Source: Stegostoma tigrinum (taxonomy: Eukaryota). From it: 64,000 nt of DNA. This document shows, piece after piece, positions 1-12,629 of this stretch. The position numbers were made by a program, and so were the translations under genes. The notes below the pieces were generated by a model, which saw only the letters and a list, made by a program, of their open reading frames with translations, searched no databases and was not told where the DNA came from. The stretch's first letter is position 1. Each line of letters starts with the position of its first letter. The stretch spans positions 32,675,979 to 32,739,978 of the forward strand of contig NC_081358.1 of the NCBI RefSeq assembly GCF_030684315.1. The letters are read 5' to 3'.

Positions 1-185
1 CAAAACCCTTCCCATCCAGATGCCTTTTAAATATTCTACTTGTACCTGCCTCTACCACCTCATCTGGTATCTCATTCCATGTACGAATCATGCTCCGTGT
101 GAAAAAGTTTCCCCTTATGCCCCTTTTATATCTTTCTCTTCTCACCATAAACCCATGCCCTCTAGTTTTGGATTCCCAACTCTGT
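1..185 (-). mobile_element. CR1-type LINE 3' region fragment
   Basis: Resembles the reverse complement of CR1 3' segments elsewhere in the window (e.g. 21500-21700); degraded. Confidence 0.6.
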
Positions 186-193
186 TCTTTCTT

Positions 194-332
194 GAGTTCT
201 GAAGAAGGGTCACTGAGCCTGTAATGTCAACTCTGAGCACTCTCCACAGATGCTGCCAGACCTGCTGAGATTTTCTAGCAATTTATGTTTTCATTTCAGA
301 TTTCTAGCATCAGCAGATCTTTTGGTTTTTTT
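194..332 (+). mobile_element. Penelope-derived terminal-repeat element (family B) with degenerate hammerhead motif
   Basis: GAGTT-CTGAAGA-A-GGGTCACTGAGCCT-GTAA-TGTC-AACTC (stem I GAGTT/AACTC, GAAA mutated), then CAGATGCTGCCAGACCTGCTG and the family tail. Confidence 0.7.
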
Positions 333-809
333 CAGTGTGTTTTCTAGACGTTGGCTTCCTTTAATTGTACCTAAAGCCCTGGGAGCTGGTATGTAAGGGT
401 GAAAGGGACTGACAGTTCAGTTCCGTAATCTACTTTTGCCAAAGATCCCAAACCAATCAACAGATATCTCCAAGCAAGGTAAGTTCTGTTTTGTATGCCT
501 GATGCTGTGAGTTCTGTTCATAATTACATCGTTTTGATTGTCTGCTGTGCAGCTTAGATTGGTGATGGGCAGATGTCTAACGCTACTATATTTAGAATGC
601 AGAAGCGCAAGTGAAACTGCTAGTTTCTATTTAAAGATAGTACTTAGTCAAAGCTAGTTTTTCAATGTTGGGTGAATTTGATAAACATGTATTAATTGAT
701 TTAGGAGGCTGAATGGAAGAAGGTAGAAATTTTGTTAGGTACAATACAGCTGTGAAGATAGTTCGTGAATTTTGCATGCAGATTGAAAGAAGTCTAAGTA
801 AAATAATTC

Positions 810-975
810 ACCTGGAAGGTGTGTTAGGAGCATTGGACAGTGTGGAGTGAGGAGGTGAATGGAGAAGTGTTATATATTCTCTGATTGCCATGGGGGAGTG
901 AGGAGGTGTTAGCTGTGATGGAGGAGTGGACCCGGGTGTCATGGAGGAAATGGCCTCTCCGGAATGCCCACTCAC
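810..975 (-). mobile_element. Old Penelope-like element internal fragment
   Basis: Purine-rich sequence resembling PLE coding region in antisense; recognised by eye only. Confidence 0.35.
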
Positions 976-1174
976 ATGCATCTATAGCATAACACAGGCT
1001 GTTTTGAAACTGTACGTAAGTTTATTTATGTTGACACTTTTGTAGAGTATTAATGTGTGTTTTTAAAATGAGTGGCAATTAAATGTGTATAAATGGGCTT
1101 GTGCAATTTCTAAATTACTTGATAGTTATCAGTTTGTGGTACACAACAGAAATGTATCTCTTCGTAAGTTCTAA

Positions 1175-2000
1175 TTTACGATGGTGGATAAGACAGATGA
1201 GTTCGGAGTATGGATTTACATGTGGAATTACAATGTTGTTGCCATCTCAGAGCCGTGGTTGAGGGAGGGACAGGATTGGCAACTCAGCATTCCACGGTAC
1301 ATGATTTTCAGGCAGGGTCAGCAAATATGTAAAACAGGAGGAGGGTCAACTTACTAATGAATGCGTCCGTCACTGCAGTGAAGAGGGATAATATCTTGGA
1401 AGGGTCTTCAAATGAGGCTTTGCGAGTAAAGTTTAGGAATGAAGAGGAGGCAGTCACATTGCTAGGAGTGTATTTAGAACCCTAATTAGCTAGTAGGCAA
1501 TACAGGAACAGATATGTAGACAATTCACTGAAGGGCGTAAGGATAACAATCAAGGAATCATAACAGGGATTTCAACTTCTCAAATTGCAATAGTCATAGT
1601 GTAAAGGGTTTAGAGGGCCAAGATTTCTTGAAATTTATTCAGGAGAGTTTTTTATATCAACATGTAGAAGGTCCAACAAGAGACTGCAGTACTGGCCCTA
1701 ATTCTGGGGAACAAAGCTGGACAGGCATTCCAAGTGGCAGAGAGGAGCGTTTTGATAATAGTGACCACAGCACAGTACGTTATAAGTTTCTTATAGAAAA
1801 GGAAAAAGACAGTCTGTCAAAAAGGATTTTGGATTGGGACAAGGAAGATTATTTTAAAAACTAACACAGTATCTGACCAAAGTAGACTAGGAACAGTTAC
1901 TTCTGGACAAATATACAGCAGAACACTGGGGGATTTCGAATTGTAATTGGTGAGGGTACGAGCCCAACCCTAGAGGGTGAAATGTAGGAGCGACATACAA
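1175..2000 (+). mobile_element. CR1-type LINE ORF2, AP-endonuclease region, pseudogenised
   Basis: Translates to NYNVVAISEPWLREGQDWQL and FLYQHVEGPTR...NSDH, typical CR1 APE motifs; frameshifts and stops. Confidence 0.8.
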
Positions 2001-2009
2001 CGAGACCTG

Positions 2010-2790
2010 GAAAATATCCAGGCCTGGGCTAACAAGAGGTGAGTGACATTTAAAATGCCAGGCAATGATCATCACCAAAGAGAGAGACAATCTAACCACA
2101 GCCCCTGACATTCAATGGCACTACCGTCACTGAATCCCTCACTATCAACATACTCAGGGTTACCTTTGACCAGAAATTCATCTGGACGTGCCATATAAAT
2201 ACAGTGGCTAAATGAGCAAGTCAGAGGCTAGGAATACTCACCTCCTGACTCTCGAGATCCTGTCTACCATCTCCAAGGCACCAGTCAGGACTGTGATGGA
2301 ATACTTCCCACTTGCTTAAATGAGTGCAGCCCCAACAACACTCAAGAAGCTTGACACTATTCAGGACAAAGCATCCTGCTAATTGATAGCACATCCACAA
2401 GCATCTATTCCCTCCACCACCGATGCTTAGGAGCAGCAGTGCTATCTACAAGATGAACTGCAGAAATTCATCCAAGATCCTCAGACATCACCTTCCAAAC
2501 CCCAAACCACTTCCATCTAGAAGGACAAGAGCAGCAGATATATGGGAACATCATTACCTGTAAGTTCCCCTCCAATCCACACACCATCCTGACTTGGAAA
2601 TATATCACTGTTCCTTCATTGTCGCTGGTTGGAAATTCTGGAATTCCCTCCCTAAGGGCTTTGTGGGTCAACCTACAGTGCATGGACTGCAATGGTACAA
2701 CAGGGCAGCTCACCACGGCCTCCTCAAGGGGCAACTAGAGATGGGCAATAATTACTGGCCATGTCCCAAAAGTGAACTTAAAAAAACATG
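2010..2790 (+). mobile_element. Non-LTR retrotransposon (second LINE family) RT C-terminus and 3' tail
   Basis: Collinear with 41200-41960; tail GGGCAACTAGAGATGGGCAATAA; interrupts the upstream CR1. Confidence 0.75.
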
Positions 2791-2929
2791 AGGCCAGAGA
2801 GCCCTGGATCTGTAGGAGTATTTAGGACTGGATAAGAAGGAATAAAGAGCCTTTTTGCAGGTAGAAGGGGAATAATTTAACAGGGAGAGTGCAGAGGGGA
2901 TCTCAAGTAATCATTGGTGACATCATTGG

Positions 2930-3945
2930 TACTTCTTTCCTCTTTGTCTGTCAATCTTTTCTGCTGCTTTCACTGCTCACATCCACATCTTTCAAGATGG
3001 CGTTGGAGTAATGGTGCAGGATTCAGGCTTTTTCCTGGGGCTCACCTGCTCCCAAATGCTTTATTTCTACTTTATCCTTTGCTTCTGCTTTTTTTCCTTT
3101 TCTTTTGTTTTCTTTTCCTTGCCTGTGGTGAGATCATCAGCAGCACCAGCACAGCATCAAGAGTTGGCCACACGCAGTGACTTCTCCTGGCAAATAGGAG
3201 CAGTGGTAACGACAGTCAGGACATCTTCCCAGTGTTCGGGGATGATCGCAATGGCAGCTGTCCTGGCTGTGGCGCCGGTGGCGGTGGAATCTTCAAGATG
3301 GCAGCGCCGACCAGGTGTCATCTGCAGCCAATGTGGGACTCCTGGTGTGGCGGTGGCCTGGCCTGGCAGTGGAGCTAGGGACTCCTGGTGGCTGTGGGCC
3401 CAGAGCGGGGACACCTGGTGCTGGCGTGGCAGCTGCGACAGCATGTTATGCCTGGAGCAGAGACTCCTGGCACCATTGAGGCAGCAGCGGAGCCAGGGAC
3501 TCCTGGTTGTGGTTGCGGTAGGCCCTGAGTGAGCACCTCTGGTTATCAATGAGTTGGCAACAATGGAGCTGGGTCTCCTGGTTGCTGATTCAGTGGTGTT
3601 AACGAGGTGGGCCCAGCAGCAAAGAGATGGTGCCTAAAGTGTGGGGACTCCTATGTTGGTTGATCCAAGTGCAGGGGGCAGTGAGATGGTGGAAGTTCTT
3701 GTTTAGTCATTGGAGCCTAGGTGCTGCCATGGACAGAGTTAAAAAGACCATCAGTCTGAACATTTTATCTCACAATTTTTCAAATTTATTCCTATGATCT
3801 GTAATGTTGTACTTTTTATTTCAATATATTTCCTGAGAATCTGTGTTTAAGTGTCTTTGTACCTCAGATGGTACCATAAAATGGCAAATTGTAAACTCTT
3901 CACTGTACTTTGAGTACATGTGACAACAAAACTAATTCAATTCAC
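2930..3945 (+). mobile_element. GC-rich interspersed element ending in a Rex1/Babar-type tail
   Basis: Ends TTGAGTACATGTGACAACAAAAC..AATTCAATTCA, the same tail as the Rex1-type copies; a related antisense copy lies at 25820-26380. Confidence 0.5.
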
Positions 3946-4019
3946 AATGTGGTCTCGACTCTGGAGAGACGAAGTGTAGACAAGGTGATCACTTCGCAGA
4001 ACGTCTACATTGAATCAAA

Positions 4020-4230
4020 GACTCCCTCCAGTGTGGAAACAGACCCTTTGGCCCAACAAGTCCACACCGACCCTCAGAGCATCCCACCCAGACCCAGCCT
4101 TATAACACACCTAATCTACACGTCCCTGAACACTATGGGCAATTTAGCCTGGCCAATTCACCCAGCCTGCACACTGTGGAAGGAAACCCATGCGGACACA
4201 GGTCCCTGGTGCTAGGAGGCAGCAGTGCTA
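4020..4230 (-). mobile_element. HE1-type V-SINE, internally deleted
   Basis: Antisense of GGCACGGTGGCTGAGTGGTTAGCACTGCTGCCTC tRNA-like head and the CR1-like tail. Confidence 0.8.
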
Positions 4231-4259
4231 ACCACTCAGCCACCGTGCCTTCCCTGTGT

Positions 4260-4635
4260 TCTATCCGCAATAAACATTGTGCATTTCCAGTCACCTGCCA
4301 CTTCAACACACCATTGTGTACTCTGGCCAACGTCTGTTCTGTTGTTGGAGGTGCGGTGACACCAAAGAGTGGTGACTGTTGTTCCAGCAACAGTGGTGAA
4401 GGGGACTCATACCTGATCACTATTCCCATGGCCCATGACACTGCACTTGACAAGAAGGACTGTAAAGGTGAACACCTCATCTATTTCTTTATTCTTCAAC
4501 CTTTTTATTCCACATTCTGGTTAATTTTTCTGTACTTTAAGATGGCACAAGAAACCGGCGACACCACAAAACACTTTTCACTGCAGTTTGCTACATGATA
4601 CATGTGACAATAAATAACTTAAATCAAATCAAATG
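4260..4635 (+). mobile_element. Element ending in a Rex1/Babar-type tail
   Basis: Ends TACATGTGACAATAAA..AAATCAAATCAAAT. Confidence 0.5.
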
Positions 4636-6259
4636 TAAGAACATAGATGATACCAAGCTTTGTCCTCCTTCCCTCCTGCGAATGGCACATTTAATGGCCA
4701 GAACTTATACAGTAGAATAGTATCAACATCTTGTAAATTGCAGGTTTCCCTGGTAAAGAAGCTACTTTTCAAGAAGGTCATTTTATGAACTAATTCTCCA
4801 CCAAAACTTTTAGTGACAATGGTCTTTTATAAATTGGAATTAAAATAAGATTAAAAAATCTCCTCTGCTAAGTGTTTGCCTATTTATAAAACTCCACTTC
4901 TGAGGAGATGGTTGATTCCGTTTTATTTACATTTATATATCACTGCTGGCGCAGAATTCTCCTTGTGCACAGTTATTATGCAAGGACTTGTTCGCAACAA
5001 TATTTTTGTTACCGTTATCCTGAAAATCTGTAACTAGATTTTTTTCTTGTAGGAACAAAGTGATTTTTTAAAAAAAATGATATCCTTGCTTGTTCTGCTG
5101 TGAATTTCAACCTTGACCGGCTGGTTATAGTCTGCTCTCTGAGTTGGAAGACTGTCTCAGCTGATGCTCCTGTATAGTACTGAGGGGCCTCTGATCTCTT
5201 GAAGGGCCATGAGTCTTTGAACAGAGGCCCTGTTTGGGATTACACTGGGAGAGCTCGCTATATGTAAACTGGACACAATGTCTCTGCCTACATTTGGAAA
5301 GTACTTAATTAGCTAGAAAATGCTTTGTAGCATTCTGATAATATGAAAAGTGCTATGTAAAGCAAACGTTTTTTGTTTTTCTGTGACTGACTCCTTGTAT
5401 TCTCTTTGCCTCTTACTACTTACCTCTAATTCTCACGCTCTCACTTTCTGTCTCTAAGCTATTTTTCTCTTTTACTTATTTGCTTTCACTTGTGTAGGTT
5501 TCATTCCCAAATAGGTAGGGAAGGTTTTGTCAGTGTGAGTTTGTGAAAAAGCATGTTCCCTGCTGTCTCTTGTGCGATGTGTTATTCTCATTTGTTGATT
5601 ATTGACTAGTCATCATTGCTTGTGAAAACGGTGTTTAGTGAACACAACTCAACAATGCTTTTTTTATATAAAGAACAAGAACATTGCATTCATTGACTAC
5701 AGTAATTATTATGCACTTCACGGACCAGTTACTTTGTGCCCTCATTTTAAAAAAATGCTTCTACTAAATTTGACTGTTACATCGTTTTACTTCAAAGTAA
5801 AGGCTGTTGCTTTCAGTTCTCTTTATTGCTTGATTTGCTTTTTCCTTATCCAGCAATGTCAGAGTGACTGGTTTGTCTCGAAGGTGGACTATCTGCAATA
5901 GTCAATACTTAAGAAATTAATTATGTGAGTGAGAACTCAGCCAGCTAACAGTGTTAGTAAAGTGATTCACAAGCTCCAATTTAGCAGATAAATTATGAAA
6001 GGCTCTTTTGTTGGCAATCTGGTTAATTGTCATCAATTCATATGCTCATGATTGTTCCTAGGATGCCATAGGATATTTTGGCAATTGAGCCAATTTTTAG
6101 TTCAAAGGTCAAAGGCTGATACTGCTTTCTGTAACATGAGAGTAGTTTAAGTTCATTATAATGTTCAACATTCCAACTCAAGTTCATGTAATCCTGCAAA
6201 CTGGGCTACAAGTTAGTGGAAGTGGCTTTCGTTTATCATTTTTTAACTGACCAGATCAT

Positions 6260-7420
6260 GGAAGCATAGAACATTGGAGCAGGAGTAGGCCTTTTGGCCT
6301 ATCGAGCCTGCTTCCTCATTCAACATGATTATCACTCATCCTTCATCTCAGTTTCACACACCTTCTCTTTCCCATACCCTTTGACATCCTCGGTCTTTAG
6401 AAATCTAACTATTTCTATTTTATGGAAATTGTACGTTTTGGCTTCCTAATTTTTCTGTGGTGAAGATATCCACAACTTCGTTACCCTCACTGGAAACAAA
6501 ATTCTCTTCAGCTCGGTCGATAATGGCCGAGCATATTTTTCTGAACCTTGACCCCTTGTTCTGCACACCTGGCCAAGGAAACTCCTCACTGCCTCCAGTT
6601 GGTTAAACCTTGTTAGATTGTTTTATGGTTCAAAGAGATCGCCTTGCATTTTCTAAATGTCAGTGAACACAGGCCCGGTCAACTCAGTCTGTCTTCTCAT
6701 CTGCACACCCTTTATTTTTGCTCACGTTAGAACACCAACCTGCACACAGAGTCAGGCCCTGTACAGCTGTATTGCGAATTTATCCAGTTCTCAAACTCTT
6801 TTGCAGCATAGGCCAATGAAACCGTTGCATTCCGAGCTCCTTGCTTTCCAAATCTTGTCATCATTTAATTAATACTCTGCCATTTTGTTTTGTCATAGAC
6901 AATTTCATACTGGTCCATTAAATACTATGTCTGTCATGAGCTCAAACGACTTGCCAAGATCACCTGAAAGCCTCCTTACATCCTCCTCATCATTCATTAT
7001 CCCACTTGGCTTTGTGTTGCCAGGAAAGCGGGAAATTAATATTTAGTTCCTTCATTCAATTCATTGATATATTTATTGTGACTTGCCCAAGCACTGATCC
7101 CTGCAGCGCTTCACTTTGCACTGCCTTTAAGTCTGAAAAAAACTGACCTGTTCCTACTCTTTGTTTCCTGTCAATCAATCTTGTCAATATTGTACCACAA
7201 CTCGTATGTGTTTTGATTTTTCACATTAACTTTTTTGATGTGGAACTTCAGCAAAAGCTTCTGAAAATCCAAGTTCATGACACCAAATGATTCTCCCTCA
7301 GCAATTCTACTAGTTACATTCTCAAAAAAAATTCTTAAAGGTTCATCAAACATAACTTCCCCTTCATAAATCCACGTTGACTTTGTGTAATCATATTAGC
7401 ATTTTATACTATAATAAAAC
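6260..7420 (-). mobile_element. CR1-type LINE, RT to 3' end, degraded
   Basis: ORF 7171-7353(-) FFENVTSRIAEGESFGVMNLDFQK matches the RT motif LDFQKAFD; CR1 tail near 6260. Confidence 0.75.
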
Positions 7421-7424
7421 ATAT

Positions 7425-7975
7425 GGCACATATTGTGTTCAATTCTGGTCACCATATTACAGGAAGGATGTAGAGGCTTTGGAGAGGGTTTATCAGGATG
7501 CTGCCTGGATATAGAGGGTATGAGCTATAAGGAGAGGGTAGAAAACTTGGGTTCTTTTCTCTGGAATGGTGGAGGCTGAGGAGAGACTTGATAGAAGTCT
7601 CTAAAATTATGAGAAGAATAGATAAGATTGGTGGTCAGAATCTTTTTCCCAGAGTTGAAATGTCCAATACCAGGGCATGCTTTTAAGGTTGGTTGGGGGT
7701 GGGGGGAGGTGCAGTGTAAGTTCTAAGGAGATGTGATGGCCAATTTTTTACACAGAGTGGAGGAAATCTGGAATGCGCTGCTATGATGGTAGTGGAAGCA
7801 GATACAAAGGGGTGTTTAAGGGGCTTCTGGATAAACACATGAATATGCAAGGAATGGAGGGATATGGACCAAGGGCAGGCAGAAGGGATTAGTCTAATTT
7901 GGCATCATGTTCAGCACAACATTGTGGGCCATGGGGCCCGTTCCTGTGCTGTACTGTTCTACGTTCTAGGTTCTA
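7425..7975 (+). mobile_element. CR1-type LINE 3' fragment
   Basis: YCVQFWSPYYRKDVEALER-like coding, then CR1 3' UTR ending TGTTCTACGTTCTA. Confidence 0.85.
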
Positions 7976-7979
7976 TAAG

Positions 7980-8420
7980 TAGTGGGTTTACATTTGCTAT
8001 CCTCCAGTTTTCTGGGACTGTTCAAGAATCTTTTGAAACGAAACCTGCTGTACGCACTCTCGGAAATCATTCACTACTGTATTATTCCTAATGAGATTTG
8101 TTCAGTCCATATGTTGAATAAAGTCACCCATGACTGCTGCAGCTTTGCCACAACCTTTGGTTGTTCTCCCTCCACCTTCAGAATGTCAAACAGCTGCTTA
8201 GCGACATTTGCAGCCACAGAAATGTCTATCCATTCTCCTATTGCTATTCCTCTCCCACGCTTGCTTGCCTCCCTCACCATGCAACTGAGTCAGGCCTGGT
8301 TCTACAGACTAAGCTCCTGCTGCAGCCCCCTGAGAAACCATCTCCCCCGCAACATCCCAACTGGAAACCCGGGATGAGAACTTGCACTAAATGCCTGGTA
8401 GTTACCTATTCCCTTTCTGC
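7980..8420 (-). mobile_element. CR1-type LINE ORF1 (SGNH esterase-like) remnant with a short ORF2 piece
   Basis: ORF 8074-8280(-) ..AIGE..QLFDILKVEGEQPKVV resembles CR1 ORF1 (IGDS..LQDILKGEGEQPEVVV); 7980-8035 encodes PENWRIANV-like ORF2. Confidence 0.65.
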
Positions 8421-8656
8421 CTGTGCACCCTTAAAATCAAATCTAATTAATTTTAAATTAAATTTTAAATGGTAAAATTAAATTTTAATCCTTAAAAGAG
8501 GAATTTAGAATAATTTAACTGTTGGAAAACTTAACAGAATAATAATTACAGTAACTATTACTGATTAACTGTTGCAATAAAGTCACATCCAATAAACACA
8601 CACCTCAGCATAAAAGGAACGTTCAGACACAGATTCTCACCTGCAGCTCTCTGATC

Positions 8657-8784
8657 CATCAGATGAAGGGTCTAGGCCTGAACCGTCAGCTTTCCTGCTC
8701 CTAAGATGCTGCTTGGCCTGTTGTGTTCATCCAGCCCCACACCTTGTCATCTCGGATTCTCCAGCATCTGCTGTTCCGATTATC
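8657..8784 (+). mobile_element. Penelope-derived terminal repeat (family A), single arm with tail, degenerate hammerhead
   Basis: CAGATGAAGGGTCTAGGCCTGAACCGTCAGC...CCAGCATCTGCTGTTCCGATTATC, homologous to 35221-35347. Confidence 0.8.
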
Positions 8785-10234
8785 GCAAAAATCCTGATCT
8801 GTGAGAGCTGACCACTCCCATTCAGGCTGTTTTTAAAAAAATACCCAAAGCCTCCCAAGCTGTTTACATAAGCTGTCTTTGGTAGCAAGCTTTTTAGCTC
8901 TGCCTTACAGCTTCTCTTCAAAAACAACCAGGACAAAATAACATCTTAAAGTGACAGCATTATCACAGTATGTAAATAGAACATAGAACAATACAGCGCA
9001 GAACAGGTCCTTCGGCCCTCGATGTTGCGCCGATCTGTGAACTAATGTAAGCCCCTCCCCCTACACTACCCAGAATAAATAACACAATAATTGTAAATGT
9101 CGAAACACAGGAGCAATTCGGCCCAGTGACCGTTCAATGTACTCATGGCTGATCCTGTATCACGAAAGCTTCTCCCCTTAACCATCCGCGCCTTTTAAAA
9201 GTGTCTAGAAAACTATCCATTTCTTGCTTCAGTATATTCAGTAACTTGACACCTGTAGCCTTCTATAGTAGAGAATTCCACTCTGAGTGAAGAAATTTCT
9301 CCTCACCTCACTTCTTAATGATGAAACTGTGAAATCTTGGTTGTGGAACCTTATCTTTAAATCAAGTCAATTCGGTCAGAGTTTTATACATCTCAGTGAG
9401 ATTCTTCACTCATTCTTTTCACCTTCAGCAAATATAGGCCCAGACAATCTCTCCTAGTATGAGAAATACTGCATCTCTTCCTGAATTCACATCTGGCCTT
9501 GCAAAGCAAGAAAAATAAACTCATAATCCACTTGAGATGAAACTCTTGTTTTCAGTATTAGCTTTTTCTTCAATTCACCTTTTAACTACAACTATTGATC
9601 TCATGCATTTTAGGATCCAGGCCCAAGGTAATCCATTTTGGTCACCTGTTTTAAAACTCAGTTGATTATGTCAGCTTGATTTTGAACTCAGTTAACTCCA
9701 GCGAGTGCAGAAAAAGAGGCGGGTGGTGCATCCAGCTCCCAGTGTTTACATTCATGAGGCCCTTGGGCTTGCTTCAATAAAATCTCACTCTCTTTTGACA
9801 ATATAAATGTAGTTGTTTTATTAGGCTTTTGAAAAAATACAACGTTGTTTAACATCTCCAACCATCATAGAAATATCTACAATGGCAAATATCTACAATC
9901 TCTCTCTCTTTTCAACTCACCTATCTCCACCAGTACCCTGACCCTACCAACTTCAATAGGACAGCTTACAGCATTTTGAACCTTCCAAATTCACACTTCA
10001 TGATTTTTTTTTAAAAAATCAGTACTTTCCATGAAAGTAAAAGTAAAATCTTTGAAATCTGAGTTGAAACTGATACAGAGATTATAAAAAAGCTCATGTG
10101 GCAGATTATTGGATCAAAGAACAATGTATCAATGCCTGTGTAGACCAGGAAACCCAAGTACATTATTAACCGTAATAATAAAATGTGAGGCTGGATGAAC
10201 ACAGCAGGCCCAGCAGCATCTCAGGAGCACAAAA

Positions 10235-10267
10235 GCTGACGTTTCAGGCCTAGACCCTTCATCAGAG
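10235..10267 (-). ncRNA. Minimal type I hammerhead ribozyme motif
   Basis: Minus strand CT-CTGATGA-A-GGGTCTAGGCCT-GAAA-CGTC-AG; core intact. Confidence 0.75.
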
Positions 10268-10495
10268 ACGGGGATGGGGTGAGGGTTCTGGAATAAATAG
10301 GGAGAGAGGGGGAGGCGGACCGAAGATGGAGAGAAAAGAAGATAGGTGGAGAGGAGAGTATAGGTGGGGAGGTAGGGAGGGGATAGGTCAGTCCAAGGAA
10401 GATGGACAGGTCAAGGAGGTGGGATGAGGTTAGTAGGTAGGAGATGGAGGTGCGGCTTGGGGTGGGAGGAAGGGATGGATGAGAGGAAGAACGGG

Positions 10496-10927
10496 TTAGG
10501 GAGGCAGAGACAGGTTGGACTGGTTTTGGGATGCAGTGGGTGGAGGGGACGAACTGGGCTGGTTTTGGGATGCGGTGGGGGAAGGGGAGATTTTGAAGCT
10601 GGTGAAGTCCACATTGATACCATTGGGCTGCAGGGTTCCCAAGCGGAATATGAGTTGCTGTTCCTGCAACCTTCGGGTGGCATCATTGTGGCACTGCAGG
10701 AGGCCCATGATGGACATGTCATCTAAAGAATGGGAGGGGGAGTGGAAATGGTTTGCGACTGGGAGGTGCAGTTGTTTATTGCGAACCGAGCGGAGGTGTT
10801 CTGCAAAGCGGTCCCCAAGCCTCCGCTTGGTTTCCCCAATGTAGAGGAAGCCACACCGGGTACAGTGGATGCAGTATACCACATTGGCAGATGTGCAGGT
10901 GAACCTCTGCTTAATATGGAAAGTCAT
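10496..10927 (-). pseudogene. PLE GIY-YIG endonuclease domain
   Basis: FTCTSANVVYCIHCTRCGFLYIGETKRRLGDRFAEH...VANHF...EQQLIFRLGTLQPNGIN: VVY/YIG motifs plus conserved R, E, N. Confidence 0.9.
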
Positions 10928-11145
10928 CTTGGGGCCTGGGATAGGGGTGAGGGAGGAGGTGTGGGGGCAAGTGTAAAGTTTTGGTCCTTGAAGAACTTGG
11001 ACATCTGGGATGTGCGGGAGTGGAATGCCTCATCGTGGGAGCAGATGCGGCGGAGGCGGAGGAATTGGGAATAGGGGATGGAATTTTTGCAGGAGGGTGG
11101 GTGGGAGAGGTGTATTCTAGGTAGCTGTGGGCTTGAAATGGACAT
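10924..11145 (-). pseudogene. PLE reverse transcriptase C-terminal (thumb) fragment
   Basis: SHPPSCKNSIPYSQFLRLRRICS, characteristic of PLE RT C-terminus; joined to the endonuclease linker by a deletion near 10975. Confidence 0.8.
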
Positions 11146-12269
11146 CAGTTACAAGCTGGTTGCCTGAGATGGAGACTGAGAGTTCCCATCATCACTGATA
11201 CATTATTAACCGTGTTGCATTTTGAGTGACTTCCTTGTACAACAAAGATCTATTGTACAGGCTAAGGTCAGTGTCAATCCTGAGCATATTTTCTCGATTA
11301 GGCTAAGAACATTGATCTTTGGAAACTTTAGATTTTTGATGAATACTGCAATGCAGTATTGAGGAGAGTGAGGCAAGGTTAAAATGCAATAACTTTAATG
11401 AAATGGAAACCCAAAAAGTAATTCATTTCTAGTGCAAGTGAACATAATTTTCCCTTGGCAGGGTCTCCTTCCTCACTGTTGTACAAATGCTAATACACTT
11501 TCATTTTGGACAATGATATTCACAGAAGACTTGTTGAGCTGAGTGCTTAAGCTCTCTGTTTAACCCTGTTGTTCACATTTGCACAGTCAAGTGCCTCAAA
11601 TCACCATTATCAACCTTGTTACCTATCCAACTCAATTTACACCATTCTGTGCCATTTCTGTTTTCTACAAAGGAGACAATGTTGCAATAAAGTATGAACA
11701 ATTTGTATCTTGCAATTCACAACATGGGAATTTTATTGTCTCATGACTCAGTCCTTTGCAGTCCCGATCTAGGACTCCTTCCTAATGTTTTCCTCAAAGA
11801 AGGAGACGCAGTAATGTTTGTCTGCGCCAAACTGAGAATCATTTGAGATTCAGTTAGCCCTGACTCATGGTATCCAATTTATGATACTGCTCTGCATCTA
11901 ATTCTGACATCCACTCTGTTTTCTGAAAAGGCAAGTTAGCTGAGATAGATGTGGCATCAGCTGACAGTTTGCTTTATACAGCTGGACACATTTTTAGCAT
12001 TCTAGTGACCTGTTTTAGATTTGGTCTTTTAGCATCAAAAACTTCACACAATGTTTCTTGGCTATCTCCGTCCAATCCAACAGCATTTTGTAGTAAGAAC
12101 ATAAGAACAGAGGTCGGCCATTCAGCCAGCTTGCCATTTGATGATCATGGCTGATCTCACCTCAGCCTCAACTCCGTTTTCCTGCCCATTCTCCAGTAGC
12201 CTTTAACCCATTACTAATTAAAAATCTTTAACAAATTAGTCAAACATCAATAATTTCATTGGATATGGA

Positions 12270-12600
12270 AAATATTTGTTGCCCATTTCCCTTGAACTGA
12301 ATGGCTTGATGTAACATTTCAGAGGTCAATTTAAAGTCAATCACATTGATGTGGGTCTGGAGTCATATATACTTTAGACCATATAAGGACAATAGAGTTA
12401 GGCAGATTTCCTTATCAAAGGGGATTGGTGAACCAAATATATTTTTATGATATTTGGTGGTGGTTTTAGCATTATTCATGCTGGCTTTCTATTCCAATTA
12501 TTTCCCCACATTAAGTTTGGGTTCCAGCATTTTCCATGGTGGGAACTGAACCACTGAAGCAGTACATTAACTTGGATTACTAGTTCAGTGACTTTACAAA
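12270..12600 (-). mobile_element. tRNA-derived SINE (non-HE1 family), degraded
   Basis: Homologous to 31230-31500 and 47317-47465. Confidence 0.55.
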
Positions 12601-12629
12601 TACATGACTGACTCCTCCAGAAGAAGAGA

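Larger units (their letters stand above)
10174..11198 (-). mobile_element. Neptune-like Penelope element 3' portion (RT C-terminus, GIY-YIG endonuclease, terminal repeat), internally deleted
   Basis: Flanked by an exact 15-bp duplication TACATTATTAACCGT (10159-10173, 11199-11213); last 18 nt (11181-11198) are an inverted piece of the family tail. Confidence 0.9.

Noticed and set aside
3011-3549. 173-aa and 130-aa overlapping ORFs in a GC-rich block
   Set aside because: No recognisable domain; lies in a degenerate internally repetitive interspersed element.
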